DNA of 64,000 nucleotides from positions 1,334 through 65,333 of the forward strand of contig JAIPIB010000003.1 in assembly GCA_021734905.1 (NCBI GenBank), written 5' to 3'. Position numbers and translations under genes: made by a program. This document shows, piece after piece, positions 1-11,135 of this stretch. The notes beneath the pieces were generated by a model. That model was not told the DNA's origin. It worked only from the letters and a program-made list of their open reading frames with translations, and searched no databases. Within the stretch, counting starts at the first letter, position 1, and every line of letters starts with the position of its first letter. The stretch comes from Minisyncoccota bacterium. GTDB lineage: Bacteria; Patescibacteriota; Minisyncoccia; Phycocordibacterales; UBA918.

Positions 1-60
1 AAAGATTGTGAAAGTCAAACTAAAAAGAAATTTTTCATGATTGGTATAAAAGCTATATTG

Positions 61-774
61 TTATTGTTGTGAAGGCTTAGATTTTAATAAAATCTGTAGT
101 GCTTGAGCCTCTGGTGTGTTTGTCTCTAAAAAAACTTTTAATTCAGACTCATCAAGGTAGTGTGATTCTTCTTTAGTGATGATCGAATCATAAATACTCT
201 CAGATGAAGGTGCTGCATTATGATTGGCATAAAAAACATTTATACTTACTTGAGAACTACTTGATGTGAAAAAAATACTTTCTGTAATATTAATAACCAT
301 ATAATCTTCTCCATTTGTCGAATACAAAAGAGATGACTGATTATTTTCGTATGCATTAGAAAGTTCCCAGGCATTTTCATAAAGGAAATCCTTATATATA
401 TCATAATTTTCTTTAACGCTTTTAGCAGAATCGAAAGTTATGCTAAGTTGTAGCCTGTCTGGATATTCAAGACTATAGCTTTCTATTAAACTCATTCCAC
501 TCTCAATTGGAACATCTGTTGGAAAATCCGTTGGTGTATCTGACCCGAAATCAGTTCTTTTACCCTCTATCTCCAGTAAATTTGGTACATTAGTATCAAA
601 AGATTTAGTATCGTTAATAAAATCAACTTGTTTTGGTGCAAAAAAATAATCTTTACCAAGGAAGATATAAGAAGCAATACAAATTAATATTAAAGTTCCA
701 ATAAATGTGGCAATGACAAATTTAATGCTAATTTTACGTTTTAAAATTTTAACTACGTTAATCTGTATGTCCAT
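61..774 (-). CDS. Hypothetical membrane-anchored protein
   Basis: 237-aa ORF with one N-terminal hydrophobic helix; no family recognised. Confidence 0.6.
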   Translation of the reverse strand: MDIQINVVKILKRKISIKFVIATFIGTLILICIASYIFLGKDYFFAPKQVDFINDTKSFDTNVPNLLEIEGKRTDFGSDTPTDFPTDVPIESGMSLIESYSLEYPDRLQLSITFDSAKSVKENYDIYKDFLYENAWELSNAYENNQSSLLYSTNGEDYMVINITESIFFTSSSSQVSINVFYANHNAAPSSESIYDSIITKEESHYLDESELKVFLETNTPEAQALQILLKSKPSQQ

Positions 775-860
775 ATAAATTATTCATAAGTATTTCACTA
801 AGTTTACTACACAAAATGAATATAAATGCGCTTTATATTGCATAAGTATAAGTTCTGGTA

Positions 861-2084
861 TTAAATTTTTCTCTTTTTTCTGTGAAAAGCTATAGCGAAT
901 CGATGTGCTTCTGCATTTGTGAGAAGAATTGAATCTTTATGCTCTGCAATAAGTTTTCTAGATCCTAAAATATTTTTTGGTTTGTGTTTTTCATCCTTCA
1001 CAACTCCTACAACGGGGATATTATGGCTTAGTTTTTTAAGAAGTCTTTCTGCAACATTAGTTTGAATAGTATTACCATCGACCACAATAAGATTAGGAAG
1101 TGACCATTCATTATGTGCAAGTCTGCGTTCAAGCGTCTCACTTAGAGCCTTGGGATCATTTGGACCGTCACATGTAGTGATAATAAATTTCCGGTAACTT
1201 GCCTTCTCGAGTTCACCACCAATACAAACGGTCATTGCACTAACCATGCTACCACCAGACAAATGTGCTACATCATAAGCTTCGATACGAAAGTTCTTTG
1301 AATCTTGGTATAGCTTTTTGTCATCCGTCACAAGCGCAACATCTTGAATGTGTTTAAGAGCAAAAATTTTCTTCTTGTGTACAGCTGCAATTTCAAATTT
1401 TTCAGATTTTGCAGCCTTCATCATTGCTTTTTCAAGTTCTTTAATAATCTGTTCTTTTTTTCCTTCAAAAAATAATCGTATATGGCGAATTGTTCGATTG
1501 TATTGAATCCTACTTTGCACTTCAGGATATAAACCTATTTGTCTATTGAAATCTACCTGTCCGTTTGCCATTTTAGACCTGATTTTATTAAGCGGTTTAC
1601 TCGTATCGTAAAATTGAAATAACTTACGAACTATTTTTAACGCAGCTCTAAAGAGAGTTCCATTTGGAAAGGGTCCGAAAATATATTTAAATTCGTTTGC
1701 AGTATATTTATCAGACAAGTCTTTACTACGAACAACTAATACACGTGGGAATTCTTCGTTTGTTATTACTAAATTATTGTAACTCTTATCGTCCTTTGAT
1801 CTAGTATTAAAATATGGTCTGTGGGTGCGAATAAGATTCACCTCAAGGAGCATAGCTTCGAGTACTGAGTCTGTTGCTGTCCATTCAACAGTTCTTGCAT
1901 CGTCTACCATTTTTTCAATAAGTACACTTCGTTTTTCAGCAATATTATCATCAAAATAACTTTTAATACGCTGTGCGAGTGACGTTGCTTTTCCAATATA
2001 TAAAATCTCTTTATGTTTTCCTAGAAAAAAATACACACCTGGTGACCCTGGTAATATATTTTTTACGAGGTCTTCTTTTTTCAT
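861..2084 (-). CDS. uvrC: Excinuclease ABC subunit C (short form, no C-terminal HhH)
   Basis: GIY-YIG N-terminus (PGVY..YIGKA), UVR coil, RNase H-like domain (IEAYDVAH, VVDG, EAHRFA); next to uvrA. Confidence 0.93.
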   Translation of the reverse strand: MKKEDLVKNILPGSPGVYFFLGKHKEILYIGKATSLAQRIKSYFDDNIAEKRSVLIEKMVDDARTVEWTATDSVLEAMLLEVNLIRTHRPYFNTRSKDDKSYNNLVITNEEFPRVLVVRSKDLSDKYTANEFKYIFGPFPNGTLFRAALKIVRKLFQFYDTSKPLNKIRSKMANGQVDFNRQIGLYPEVQSRIQYNRTIRHIRLFFEGKKEQIIKELEKAMMKAAKSEKFEIAAVHKKKIFALKHIQDVALVTDDKKLYQDSKNFRIEAYDVAHLSGGSMVSAMTVCIGGELEKASYRKFIITTCDGPNDPKALSETLERRLAHNEWSLPNLIVVDGNTIQTNVAERLLKKLSHNIPVVGVVKDEKHKPKNILGSRKLIAEHKDSILLTNAEAHRFAIAFHRKKRKI

Positions 2085-2112
2085 AAAATTCTATTGGTAA
2101 ATAAACTAGAAA

Positions 2113-4755
2113 TTACCGTCCGTAAAGTGATTTTTTAAGGTATTGCCCTGTAAATGATTTTGAATTTTCTGCAACCTCTTCAGGAGTTCCCTTTGCAACA
2201 AGTGTTCCACCTTTCTCTCCCCCCTCAGGTCCAATATCAATGACGTAATCAGCACATTTAATTAAATCAAGATTGTGTTCAATGACCATAACGGTGTTTC
2301 CCTTGTCGACAAGCTCTTGGAGAATCTCAATTAACTTTTTGACGTCCTCATAATGCAAACCAATTGTTGGTTCATCGAGTAGATAGAGCGTCTTTTGTGT
2401 GTGTGGTCTATAGAGCTCCGATGCAATCTTCACTCTCTGAGCCTCACCCCCAGAGAGTGTCGTAGCACTTTGCCCAAGTTCAAGATAACTAAGTCCGACA
2501 TCCAATAATGATTTCATCCTCTCATGGATTGCGGGTATGTCTAAAAAGAATGCGTCCGCTTCCTCAATGGTCATATGAAGCACATCATCAATGTTTTTAC
2601 CTTTGTAATAAACTTCGAGTGTTTCTTTTGTAAATCGCTTCCCATCACAGACATCACACGTTACGTAGACTGTTGGCAAAAAATGCATTTCTACAGCAAT
2701 TTCACCATTTCCTTGACACGCCTCACACCGTCCACCCTTGACATTAAATGAAAAACGACCTGGTTTCCATCCACGCGCCCGCGCTTCTCCTGATGCGGCA
2801 AAGAGGTCCCGCACGTGTGAAAATGCACCTGTATATGTTGCAGGATTCGATCGTGGAGTCCTTCCGATAGGAGACTGGTCGATAAGTATCGACCGACCCA
2901 AATATTCAGTTCCTGTTACACTTGTTGCATTATAGGTGCGTGCATTCCTATATTTTTTATCAAGACGAGAACGTAGATTTCTATGCAAAATTTCATACAT
3001 AAATGTAGATTTACCACTTCCTGAAACTCCAGTGATCGCCGTAAGTCGTCCGAGAGGAATATCTACGTTTAAATTATTAATATTGAACGCCTTCCCTCCC
3101 TTAATTTTTATTGATCCTTTTTCGCCACTTCTTCGCTCTTTAGGTATTTCTATAGCTTTGTCACCACGAAGGTAATCAAGTGTTATTGATTTTGAAATAT
3201 TTTTTTCTTCTGCCAGAAGTTTTGGTAGGTAATCCGCTACAACCACGTGTCCCCCATGAATCCCTGCACCTGGTCCGATATCTACAAGATAATCAGCAGC
3301 AAAAATAGTGTCCTCATCGTGTTCTACAATAATTATTGTATTTCCAAGATCACGAAGTTCAGTCAGTGTTTTTATGAGTCGATCATTATCTCTTTGGTGT
3401 AGTCCAATTGTAGGCTCATCAAGAACATACATAGCACCAACAAGTCCAGAACCAAGCTGTGATGCAAGTCGTATTCGTTGAGCCTCTCCTCCTGACAATG
3501 TGTTCGCTCGCCTACCCAAAGTCAGATATTCAATCCCAACGTTATTCATGAATTCAAGTCGCTCAATAATCTCTCGTAAAGCTGGCCATGCTATGTCCTG
3601 ATCTTTTTTCGAAAGCTTCAGTTCAGAAATAAATTGTGCCGCTTCACCAATCGTCATGTTTGTAAAATCGACAATATTCTTGCCAAGGTTTTTTCCTCCA
3701 TCTCCTCCAAGGTATACGCGAAGCGCCTCTTTTCTTAATCGCGCCCCGTTACATGCTGAGCAAACATCAATATTAAAGATCCCTGCCGTACCCAGCCCAT
3801 TACATTCTGGACATGCACCATAAGGTGAATTGAACGAAAAAAGACGTGGTTCAACTTCAGGAAATGAGGAACCGTCGATTGGACAAATAAATTTTGCTGA
3901 TAGCAGTCGCTCATCTCCATCTGGTGTTCGGACCTTGACAAGCCCTTTTGATTCACGAAGTGCTAATTCAACCGCCTCAGATAGACGTTCTTTAGCGTTT
4001 TTAGGAGAGTTGATAAATTCACTAACATAGATCTCATCTACAAGAACGTCAATATCATGACGTTTTGTTTTTGATAAAACAATTTTTTCCCGCAACTGTT
4101 TGATTTCACCATCAATTTTCACAACTTCGTATCCTTTTCCAAGAAGGTCATAAAGCATTTGATAATATTCCCCCTTCCTTCCAACAACGAGTGGTGAAAA
4201 AATCGCTACTCTTGCGGAGCTTACTTCGACACCTAAAATATTTTTTGTGTCATTTTTAATTTTCTTAATTTCTCTATCCTCGATTGATTTTTGGATAATA
4301 GATAAAATTTCATCTTGTGATAATTTTTGGATTGGGACATCTGTATCAATACAGTATGGCTGACCTATTCGTGCATACAAAATTCTAAGATAGTCATATA
4401 TTTCCGTTATTGTTGCAACCGTTGACCGAGGGTTCCTTGAAGCAGATTTTTGATCAATAGAAATTGCTGGGGAAAGTCCACTGATTTCATCAACATCTGG
4501 CTTTTGCATCTGCTTCAAAAACTGTCGTGCATATGATGACAGCGACTCGATGTATCGTCTCTGACCCTCCGCAAAGATTGTATCAAATGCGAGGGATGAT
4601 TTTCCACTTCCAGAAAGACCCGTAAATATAACCATTTTGTTCCGAGGTAACTCAACTGATATGTTTTTGAGATTATGCGTCCGCGCACCACGAATAATGA
4701 TTTTTCTATCACCAGGGTCCTCCCATTCTGTTTTTTTCTCTTTTTTGGTTGCCAT
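2113..4755 (-). CDS. uvrA: Excinuclease ABC subunit A
   Basis: Two ABC cassettes ([26 protein letters not shown] x2, LDEPT), [21 protein letters not shown] zinc finger. Confidence 0.97.
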   Translation of the reverse strand: MATKKEKKTEWEDPGDRKIIIRGARTHNLKNISVELPRNKMVIFTGLSGSGKSSLAFDTIFAEGQRRYIESLSSYARQFLKQMQKPDVDEISGLSPAISIDQKSASRNPRSTVATITEIYDYLRILYARIGQPYCIDTDVPIQKLSQDEILSIIQKSIEDREIKKIKNDTKNILGVEVSSARVAIFSPLVVGRKGEYYQMLYDLLGKGYEVVKIDGEIKQLREKIVLSKTKRHDIDVLVDEIYVSEFINSPKNAKERLSEAVELALRESKGLVKVRTPDGDERLLSAKFICPIDGSSFPEVEPRLFSFNSPYGACPECNGLGTAGIFNIDVCSACNGARLRKEALRVYLGGDGGKNLGKNIVDFTNMTIGEAAQFISELKLSKKDQDIAWPALREIIERLEFMNNVGIEYLTLGRRANTLSGGEAQRIRLASQLGSGLVGAMYVLDEPTIGLHQRDNDRLIKTLTELRDLGNTIIIVEHDEDTIFAADYLVDIGPGAGIHGGHVVVADYLPKLLAEEKNISKSITLDYLRGDKAIEIPKERRSGEKGSIKIKGGKAFNINNLNVDIPLGRLTAITGVSGSGKSTFMYEILHRNLRSRLDKKYRNARTYNATSVTGTEYLGRSILIDQSPIGRTPRSNPATYTGAFSHVRDLFAASGEARARGWKPGRFSFNVKGGRCEACQGNGEIAVEMHFLPTVYVTCDVCDGKRFTKETLEVYYKGKNIDDVLHMTIEEADAFFLDIPAIHERMKSLLDVGLSYLELGQSATTLSGGEAQRVKIASELYRPHTQKTLYLLDEPTIGLHYEDVKKLIEILQELVDKGNTVMVIEHNLDLIKCADYVIDIGPEGGEKGGTLVAKGTPEEVAENSKSFTGQYLKKSLYGR

Positions 4756-4831
4756 ACATTCACCCCTTACGATGGTGCGTAAGGTTTATAAAAACATTAT
4801 ACAGTGATAGACAGTGTTTGGAAACTACGCA

Positions 4832-6169
4832 TTACTTAGGTAATGTAACGACAATATGAGTTCCAACATCACGAATTGACTCAACACCAATAGATCCATC
4901 CATTAGTTCAATGAGTTGTTTTGTAATCCACATTCCAAGTCCTGTCCCAACAGTCTGACTAACCTCGTCTGAACCTACCCTAAAAAATGGAGAAAACAGA
5001 CTTTTTTGATTTTCGGCACTTATACCAGTCCCTGTGTCTTTGACTCGAATTTCAATTCTATCAGTGCGCTGATCAAGCGATACAGTAATACTTCCTGCAG
5101 GAGTGTACTTAATTGAATTACTGACAAGGTTTGTCAACGCCTGAAAAAGTCGTTTCTCGTCAACCATAATAAATAAATCATCACGAATGCCTTCTTGAGA
5201 CAAATTAATATTTTTCTCCTGTGCAGGTCCCTGCATTGCATCAATAACATCGTGAATAGTGCGCTGAATATTTGTACTTGTCTTCTTAACAGAAAGTTTA
5301 CCCGAATGTATCCTTGCAACATCAAGTAGATCACTCACCACAAGAACAAGACGTCCTGCAGCATCCTCAATTTTTTTGGCATGCTCTCGGACATCTTCTT
5401 TTGTATCTTTGCTTTCCCTTATTAAACTAGCGTAGCCTCGCATTGCAGTAAGTGGCGCCCTGAGCTCATGTGCAATCATATTTGTGAACATGTCCTTCAT
5501 CTCATTCGCTTTTTTTGTTTCTCTATACAGATATGCATAGTCAATCAGACGTACATGCCGAATCAAAAGAAACATGACAACACAAAGAATTCCAATGAGC
5601 CAGTAGTAGGCAGTCATAATTCTTGATGCAAAAAGAATATCGATATGTTCAAGTGAAGTCTCAGTAAAAATGTAATAGTCATTATTTCCAGCTGCCTGTA
5701 CCAACCTAACACTTTGCCAATGGCGAACACCTTTGTACGCCATTGGTGTTATGATTGATTCATTAGGATGAACCGCTGCAAATCTAAATGAATTCTCATC
5801 ATGAGCAAGTGTATCAACAAGCTCAGTATCTTGAGATGCAATAATTCGGATAGTTGCACCTTCTTCCTTCGCTACAATGAATTTGATAATGTCAGGGTTA
5901 AGCTCATGGAGATGAGTAATCTCACCCTGGATTCTTTCAGGCTCAAAGTCTACAGCGCTAAGAAAAGAAGCAAAAACGTCATGCACTATCCCGATTCTAT
6001 CCTTTTCAAGTCGTTCTTGATTTTGCTGCGCAGCCTTCAAGAACTGCTGCCCACTTAAAAGAAAAGCTACCGGTATAACAATGATGAGCATGAACGTCAT
6101 CAGAAACTGAGGGTTTTTTCTTACATACCCGTAGCCACTTCTAAGTACGTGTGTTAGTGGGACTTTCAT
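4832..6169 (-). CDS. Membrane sensor histidine kinase (no partner regulator nearby)
   Basis: Two TM segments, H-box AHELRAPL, N-box NLVSNSIKYT, G1 DTGTG, G2 GTGLG. Confidence 0.92.
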   Translation of the reverse strand: MKVPLTHVLRSGYGYVRKNPQFLMTFMLIIVIPVAFLLSGQQFLKAAQQNQERLEKDRIGIVHDVFASFLSAVDFEPERIQGEITHLHELNPDIIKFIVAKEEGATIRIIASQDTELVDTLAHDENSFRFAAVHPNESIITPMAYKGVRHWQSVRLVQAAGNNDYYIFTETSLEHIDILFASRIMTAYYWLIGILCVVMFLLIRHVRLIDYAYLYRETKKANEMKDMFTNMIAHELRAPLTAMRGYASLIRESKDTKEDVREHAKKIEDAAGRLVLVVSDLLDVARIHSGKLSVKKTSTNIQRTIHDVIDAMQGPAQEKNINLSQEGIRDDLFIMVDEKRLFQALTNLVSNSIKYTPAGSITVSLDQRTDRIEIRVKDTGTGISAENQKSLFSPFFRVGSDEVSQTVGTGLGMWITKQLIELMDGSIGVESIRDVGTHIVVTLPK

Positions 6170-6174
6170 AGAAT

Positions 6175-8991
6175 TTAGAGACGAGCAAGAACAGACTCTT
6201 CCTCTCTAACATGCAAACCAAGGAGAAGGAGGACGAGACCAATGGCCGCTATCGCAATCGACGCTATAGCAAAGAGAGCGTTTGTTCTGAAAAATGACGG
6301 ATCTGCTTGAACGGTAATTTTTTCAGTTACTGCCGCATTGGTATACGCCTCAGCTGTCTTAACAAATGGAAGTGGGTTACTTCGCGCCACAACATATCCG
6401 GCGTTGTCCGTTATTCCTGCATACACCTCATGTGTACCATTCTCAAGTTCTTTATCAAGAATGTAACTCCATCCACCATCACTATCTGTTCGTACTGTCA
6501 CAACAATTGGAGTACTATAGATATAAAGCGTAACAAAACTATTTGGTAAAGCTCGCCCTGAAATAATTGCCCGTTTTGGAGTTTCGAGGCCTGTGAGATC
6601 AACGTTGTCTGATAACGCTGTTATCGACTCAACAACAAGAAGATCCTCACGAGTAATTCCTGAATCTTTCGGTGACTCGTAGACTACAAGCGCCTCACTG
6701 CTGCTGTCGTGTGGATTATAGCCCCGTGCGATTTCTGAACCATCCGTAAAACCATCCCCATCCGTGTCAGCAGAAAATGGATTCGTATTATATAGATTTA
6801 CTTCGTCGTAATCAGAAATCTCATCCTTATCTGAGTCCAGTATGACAGCATCTCCAATTCGTTCTTTAAGTATTGCTTCATTTTTTATTGTTACTTCTTC
6901 AAGTTGCGCAGTAACTTGAGAAATGTATGAATTAACATCATTAGCAACACTTTTTCGCTCGTCTTCTTGATTAAAATTTCTTAGTGCATCCTGTTGTATT
7001 TCCTTGATACTCTCCTTAACGCGCTGGCGCTCGTTTTCACTACCAGATCGTTCCGCTTTTGCAAGATCATTAAGCTTACTGTGAAGTGACGACCTGTAGT
7101 CAGTCAAAATTGTTTGGATTTCTGACTTTATCTCATCATCTGCTTCAACAGAATTTATAAATGAATTGACAGCTTGTACATACACTACTTTTGGTGGAGC
7201 TGACTGATCATTATTAGTGACTGAAATGATTTCTGATGCGACTTTAGCTTGTGATTCATCTTTAAATGAAATAAGGGAATCGTCAGCTTTTGTTAGAGTT
7301 TCGATTTTTAATTCCTGCTCAGGAGTAAACGTAGACATCAGCTCATTGTGTACTGTAACCTGACTTTTGCTACCTTCTATAAAGCCATACGGAGATTTAA
7401 CACGTGCGTAGACATCATAATCGCCGTTTGGTGACTCTTTTGTAATCCAAGTATATTTCCATTCTGATGAAGAGACTCTTCTTGCTAGGCCAAGAAATTG
7501 TGCCGTCAATGAACTTCTTGGTTTTGCAAAAATCTCTACTGAATCAACCCTAGGAGCAGTTACAATAATATCAACATAGCCTGAAAACGGACTTTTTTTA
7601 GAGAAATCAATTCCAACACTAGGTTTTAAAAAATCAGTTGAGCTAGAAACTTTTTGCACATACTTCTCCTCGGGCTTTACAATCTCTGTAAGGGTAACAA
7701 CAGGTGACAAAGCCTCAATTTCATTCTTGACAATTACTGTCTTAAGAAGACTCTGGCGAGACTCGTTATTAACAACAGCATGTGCAGTTATCTCAAAACG
7801 TCCGTTTGGAACCTTCTTTGTATTCCAAGTTAAGTGCCAATAATCAGTATCGGAACGAGTGGCAGAGCCTACAAAGTAAGGCGTTCGCGTCTTTTCTCCC
7901 CGAGCATATACTTTTATCTCAGATGCCTCATTAGCCAATATCTTCAAAAGGATACTATTAGAAAGATACCTATCGTTGGGCAAAATAAGGAGAACTTGGT
8001 CTTTATGTTCATTTATTTCAGGGACCATCAAAGGTTCATCATTTTCAACTTGTTTAGTGCCTCCATCGTCATAATTCTGCGTTGTTGTTGCAATTTTCTC
8101 TATTGAATCATCAGTGATTTTTACTAATTCAGAATTAATTTTGTCCTGATTCGTATTGTCCATAATACCATTCTCATCTTTAGGCTCCTCTCTAGGGGAA
8201 ATAATTTCAGGAAGCTTATTCGCCACTGAATATATTGCCGAATCAATCTGCTCATATGAACCATGTAAATTTTTTATAACAGTTCTGAGATTATATTCAC
8301 CATTATCATACTGTCGAGTATCCCAAAGTGATTTCCAATTATTATTATCAATCCGCACCGCAGAGCCAACAGGAATCAAACGGCCATCCTTTTTTCTTTC
8401 TGCAATAAGTTTTACCTCACTTGCGTTACCTACGGAAACAGTAACAGGGACGACATTTGCAAACGGAGTGCCTGTCCCTGGTGAAAGCCTTACAGCAGGT
8501 TGTGTCTCAGTATTCAAGATTCTTGAGGTATCAATGATACCAATAAAATTTGCCTGCTGTGCAGTCCGCGTATAATTCGCACCACTCATGCGACTTTCGG
8601 TTGTTACTTCGGGATCAACAATGTACTGAAGATTCAAAAGTGAAAAAAAGGTCCCTGCGAGTACAAAAAATACACCTGCTATTCTTGCTGCAAGAGCAAC
8701 TGTTTTTGTGTTAAGAGATGGGAATCTGTAAGGCGACAAACAAACAATTTGTAACTGTGCCTTTGTAATCAATTTTTCCTTACTCTTCTTAACAGAGTTA
8801 TCAGTAATTACAATTTTAGGATTCTGTGTACTTTTTAAAAGTTTTACATTAATTTTTTTCTTTGTCTTGACCTTAGCAACATCAATTTTAACCGAAGCAG
8901 TACTTTCTTTTTTTCGAGTTTTTTTCGCCCGCGTTGGCACAGTTTTCGTAATTGCACGTACTGCGGGGCCTTTCTTAGCTTTTACAACCAT
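6175..8991 (-). CDS. Large surface protein with repeated Ig-like domains and Ca-binding DxDxD repeats
   Basis: Lys-rich N-terminus, TM, three W..W(D/N/I)T....(D/P)NG.(Y/F) repeats, DSDKDEISD/DTDGDG motifs, C-terminal Ig-like domain and TM. Confidence 0.75.
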   Translation of the reverse strand: MVVKAKKGPAVRAITKTVPTRAKKTRKKESTASVKIDVAKVKTKKKINVKLLKSTQNPKIVITDNSVKKSKEKLITKAQLQIVCLSPYRFPSLNTKTVALAARIAGVFFVLAGTFFSLLNLQYIVDPEVTTESRMSGANYTRTAQQANFIGIIDTSRILNTETQPAVRLSPGTGTPFANVVPVTVSVGNASEVKLIAERKKDGRLIPVGSAVRIDNNNWKSLWDTRQYDNGEYNLRTVIKNLHGSYEQIDSAIYSVANKLPEIISPREEPKDENGIMDNTNQDKINSELVKITDDSIEKIATTTQNYDDGGTKQVENDEPLMVPEINEHKDQVLLILPNDRYLSNSILLKILANEASEIKVYARGEKTRTPYFVGSATRSDTDYWHLTWNTKKVPNGRFEITAHAVVNNESRQSLLKTVIVKNEIEALSPVVTLTEIVKPEEKYVQKVSSSTDFLKPSVGIDFSKKSPFSGYVDIIVTAPRVDSVEIFAKPRSSLTAQFLGLARRVSSSEWKYTWITKESPNGDYDVYARVKSPYGFIEGSKSQVTVHNELMSTFTPEQELKIETLTKADDSLISFKDESQAKVASEIISVTNNDQSAPPKVVYVQAVNSFINSVEADDEIKSEIQTILTDYRSSLHSKLNDLAKAERSGSENERQRVKESIKEIQQDALRNFNQEDERKSVANDVNSYISQVTAQLEEVTIKNEAILKERIGDAVILDSDKDEISDYDEVNLYNTNPFSADTDGDGFTDGSEIARGYNPHDSSSEALVVYESPKDSGITREDLLVVESITALSDNVDLTGLETPKRAIISGRALPNSFVTLYIYSTPIVVTVRTDSDGGWSYILDKELENGTHEVYAGITDNAGYVVARSNPLPFVKTAEAYTNAAVTEKITVQADPSFFRTNALFAIASIAIAAIGLVLLLLGLHVREEESVLARL

Positions 8992-9045
8992 TGTTATCCA
9001 TTATATAGAAAAAACTGAAGACTTCACCCCTATCAGTGTCAATAA

Positions 9046-11070
9046 CTATTTTAGTGAGTGGCTTTCTAGTGCTTGAATCTCATCACGAAGAATGGCGGCG
9101 GTCTCAAAATCAAGAATTTCAACAGCTTTTTCCATCTGATCTCGTTTATCTTTAATTGTTCCTTTTGGATCCTTTTTATAGAGATCGAGGTCAACAGAAA
9201 GAAGTAGAGATATAGTTTTATCGTGCTCAGTTTTTAGATGTTCAGTTATATCTTTGATTTCCTTAACGATTGTTTGTGGCGTAATCCCATGTTTTACATT
9301 GTGAGCAAGTTGTATATCTCTTCTTCTCTGTGTCTCCTCTACTGCTCGTGTCAATGACTTTGTCATTTGATCAGCATACAGAATGACTCTACCATCAAGG
9401 TTCCTTGCAGCGCGTCCAATTGTTTGAATAAGCGCCGTTTCAGAACGAAGAAAACCTTCTTTATCAGCATCAAGAATTGCTACCAATTGCACCTCAGGGA
9501 GGTCCAGTCCTTCTCGTAACAGATTCACTCCAACCAAGCAATCAAAAACGCCTTTTCGAAATTCTGTAAGAATTTGAATCCTCTCCATAGTTTTAATGTC
9601 ACTATGAATGTATTTAGATTGAATTCCACGCTCAGTAAGAAATTCTGAAAGATCTTCTGCCATTTGCTTTGTGAGTGTTGTTACGAGAACACGTGCGTTA
9701 TTTGCAATTACCTTTACCGATTCCTCAATAAAGTCCTTAACTTGCCCTGGATACCCCCCTCTTTCAGTAATAGGTCGAATATCAATAATTGGATCCACGA
9801 GACCTGTTGGTCTAATTATTTGCTCTATAATTTGACCTTCATCTGTCTCAGCGTGTGTAAATTCATAGGTACCTGGTGTTGCTGATGTGTAAAGACGTTG
9901 CCCAACACGATCCTCAAACTCTGCAAAATTAAGTGGTCGATTATCAATTGCGCTTGGAAGCCTAAAACCATGTTCCACAAGTGTCAGTTTTCTCGATCTG
10001 TCACCGGCATACATACCGCCAATTTGTGGAATAGTGACGTGTGATTCGTCAATGACAGTGAAGAAATCCGGTTTACCGTCTTTTGTGTGCGGAAAGTATG
10101 AAAGCAAAGTGAAGGGCGCTTCACCTTCAACACGTCTATCAAAATGGCGTGAGTAATTTTCTATACCATTGCAATACCCGATCTCACGTATTAAAGCAAG
10201 ATCATGGTCGGTTCGCCTTTTTAAGCGTTGAGCTTCTAGAAGTTTTTCTTCCTTTTCAAATTTTTTCAACTGGACGTCAAGCTCTTTTTTAATATCAACC
10301 ATTGCGTGCTTGCGCTCGGCTTCAGGTGTTACAAAGTGTTTTGCTGGAAAAAGAAAAAAAACTTCACTTTCTTCAATTATTGTTCTTGAAATTGCATCAA
10401 TTTTTGTAATTTCTGTAACTGTGTCTTCGTTAAAGCTTAACCGATATATTACACGCTCATTTGTCGGCATGATCTCGACGGTGTTACCTACCGCTCTAAA
10501 ATGACCTGGAAGTAAGTCTGCATTAGTTCGTTCAAAATACATTCCAACAAGAAGCCTGAGCATCTCAGACCGACTGCTTTTATAACCTTTTTCAATTTTT
10601 TTATGTACTTTTTCGTATTCAATCGGCGAACCGAGCCCATAGATACACGATACTGAGGCTACAATGATTACGTCTTTTCTTGTGAGTAGTGCTTGTGTTG
10701 AGGCGTGGCGAAGGCGATCAATCTCTTCATTGATCATTGCCTCCTTTTCTATATATGTATCCGAGATAGGCATGTATGCCTCTGGTTGATAGTAATCGTA
10801 ATATGAAACAAAATAATGTACTGCATTATTAGGAAAAAAATCCTTATACTCTTGAGCAAGTTGTGCAGCAAGCGTTTTGTTGTGAGCAATAACGAGTGTT
10901 GGCTTTTGTAACTGCGCAATAACATTGGCAGCAGTAAAGGTCTTTCCTGAGCCTGTTACTCCAAACAATGTCTGATGCTTCATTCCTGCTTTACATCCAT
11001 CAACAATTTTTTTAATTGCTTTTGGTTGATCACCAGCAGGTGTTTTTTCTGTTGAAAGCTCGAAATTCAT
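9046..11070 (-). CDS. uvrB: Excinuclease ABC subunit B
   Basis: GVTGSGKT, YYDYYQPEAY beta-hairpin, DESH, QTIGRAARN, C-terminal UVR. Confidence 0.98.
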   Translation of the reverse strand: MNFELSTEKTPAGDQPKAIKKIVDGCKAGMKHQTLFGVTGSGKTFTAANVIAQLQKPTLVIAHNKTLAAQLAQEYKDFFPNNAVHYFVSYYDYYQPEAYMPISDTYIEKEAMINEEIDRLRHASTQALLTRKDVIIVASVSCIYGLGSPIEYEKVHKKIEKGYKSSRSEMLRLLVGMYFERTNADLLPGHFRAVGNTVEIMPTNERVIYRLSFNEDTVTEITKIDAISRTIIEESEVFFLFPAKHFVTPEAERKHAMVDIKKELDVQLKKFEKEEKLLEAQRLKRRTDHDLALIREIGYCNGIENYSRHFDRRVEGEAPFTLLSYFPHTKDGKPDFFTVIDESHVTIPQIGGMYAGDRSRKLTLVEHGFRLPSAIDNRPLNFAEFEDRVGQRLYTSATPGTYEFTHAETDEGQIIEQIIRPTGLVDPIIDIRPITERGGYPGQVKDFIEESVKVIANNARVLVTTLTKQMAEDLSEFLTERGIQSKYIHSDIKTMERIQILTEFRKGVFDCLVGVNLLREGLDLPEVQLVAILDADKEGFLRSETALIQTIGRAARNLDGRVILYADQMTKSLTRAVEETQRRRDIQLAHNVKHGITPQTIVKEIKDITEHLKTEHDKTISLLLSVDLDLYKKDPKGTIKDKRDQMEKAVEILDFETAAILRDEIQALESHSLK

Positions 11071-11101
11071 AACGTGAGTATACAGTTCACTGGTAAATAA
11101 A

Positions 11102-11133
11102 AAAAGCCCCGTGGTCCAAAAGGAAGACCACGG
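11102..11133 (-). terminator. Probable intrinsic terminator
   Basis: ccgtggtc..gaccacgg hairpin followed by a T-run on the minus strand. Confidence 0.55.
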
Positions 11134-11135
11134 TA

